The translations under genes and the position numbers were made by a program. DNA of 64,000 bases from Lama glama (Eukaryota). The stretch is from assembly GCA_028534125.1 (NCBI GenBank), contig CM052825.1, positions 1,674,001 through 1,738,000 on the forward strand, in the 5' to 3' direction. Shown here in pieces: positions 63,080 through 64,000 of the stretch. Numbering within the stretch: the stretch's first letter is position 1; each line of letters opens with the position of its first letter. The notes below the pieces were generated by a model. It saw only the letters and a program-made list of their open reading frames with translations. It made no database searches and was not told where the DNA came from.

Positions 63080-63206
63080 ATGGACCCAGAGTGCTCCCGC
63101 CTCCTCCCGGCTCTCTGTGCTGTCCTGGTAGACCCCAGGCAGCCCGTGGCAGATGACACTTGTTTGGAGAAGCTGCTGGACTGGTTTAAAACAGTAACTG
63201 AAGCAG
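63080..63206 (+). CDS. BRAT1: BRAT1 (BRCA1-associated ATM activator 1) first coding exon; gene continues past the right edge
   Basis: [42 protein letters not shown] is the BRAT1 N-terminus. Acceptor tttcctttgcag ends at 63062; donor CAG|GTATGG at 63207; 127 coding nt. Confidence 0.96.
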
Positions 63207-64000
63207 GTATGGGTGAGGGTGTCACTGTTGACTTTCCACAGAGGCCAGACAGTGCAGGGCTGCCCTGTCCTGGGGAAGGGCCGTCCATCTGGTGTCTTTC
63301 CTTCGTATCTTCAAGATTCCCCCTGGCTTTGGGGACATGGCAAACTGAGCCTGATGGGGCTTGGGCTGTAGGCCTCCTGTTTCTCTGGTCACGCTATGCG
63401 GCTGCCAAGGGCATGGACAAGCATATTTTGTTGTTTGCATTGCACTTTTTGTTTGTTTTAAGAAATCAGTTTTTCTTTCTGATTACGTAAGTAGTATGTA
63501 TTCTTGAAGTAAAGTTTGGACAGCACAGAGGAGTAAAGATGAAAATTAAACCACCCCAAACATCTTTTATTTCCTTCCAGCATTTTTTCTTAGCACATCA
63601 TAGAGAGATATTTTTCTTGTAAAAATGAGGTTGCACCGTAAGTACACCTTGCTGTCTTGCTTTTTCTTACCGTCGTGTGGGTATTTTCCCCGCGGACACA
63701 TTGGCTTTATTGACTATGTCATTCGCTCTGTGAATGGATCTTAATTTTATAATCACTCCACTGCTGTTGACGTTTACGTTTCTAGTGGGACGGCATGGCT
63801 TTCCTTATACATTTGCTCGTGTAGTGTTCTCTCGGCTGATGATTGCCGTAGGATAGATTACATGTCGTTAACTTCTGCTGCTTTTGGCTTTGGTTTACCC
63901 AGTTCTTTACTCCCGTTTTAGTTGAATAGCAGAGTCTGTCGTGTTTTCTAATAGACGCATTTGAGGCTACACATTTCTCTGAAAGTATCACTTTAGCTGC

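Noticed and set aside
63207-63490. Continuation of the BRAT1 ORF to 136 aa
   Set aside because: Read-through past the CAG|GTATGG donor into the intron; BRAT1 similarity stops there.
1-64000. A novel multi-gene system, or snoRNA/miRNA genes
   Set aside because: All credible coding sequence is explained by TTYH3, IQCE and BRAT1, and I recognised no structured RNA gene. An Rfam/Infernal scan would be needed to exclude one.

Overview
Mammalian genomic DNA, GC-rich and intron-dominated. It is probably from a camelid, judging by three tRNA-derived SINEs that resemble the camelid vic-1 family. The gene order is the conserved TTYH3-IQCE-BRAT1 block. On the minus strand are TTYH3 coding exon 1 (7371-7493, with intron 1 running off the left edge) and a complete IQCE gene. 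I reconstructed IQCE by hand as 23 coding exons from 59683 down to 21661, phase-consistent, about 756 aa. On the plus strand is the 5' end of BRAT1 (first coding exon 63080-63206), head-to-head with IQCE. The rest is old repeats (L1, L2, MIR, MLT1, Tigger-family), CpG islands and tandem repeats. Nearly all entries in the ORF track are chance ORFs in GC-rich DNA. I found no convincing new multi-gene system. The most interesting signals concern IQCE splice-site evolution: an apparently lost donor at exon 21, a donor rescued by a 9-nt duplication at exon 2, and candidate cassette or poison exons. Regulatory motifs are also notable: an RFX X-box at the ciliary IQCE promoter, a perfect TCTCGCGAGA at BRAT1, a duplicated CCAAT/YY1 12-mer plus a uORF at TTYH3, and an intragenic CpG-rich block in IQCE. 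Comparisons with human orthologues are from memory and need checking by alignment.
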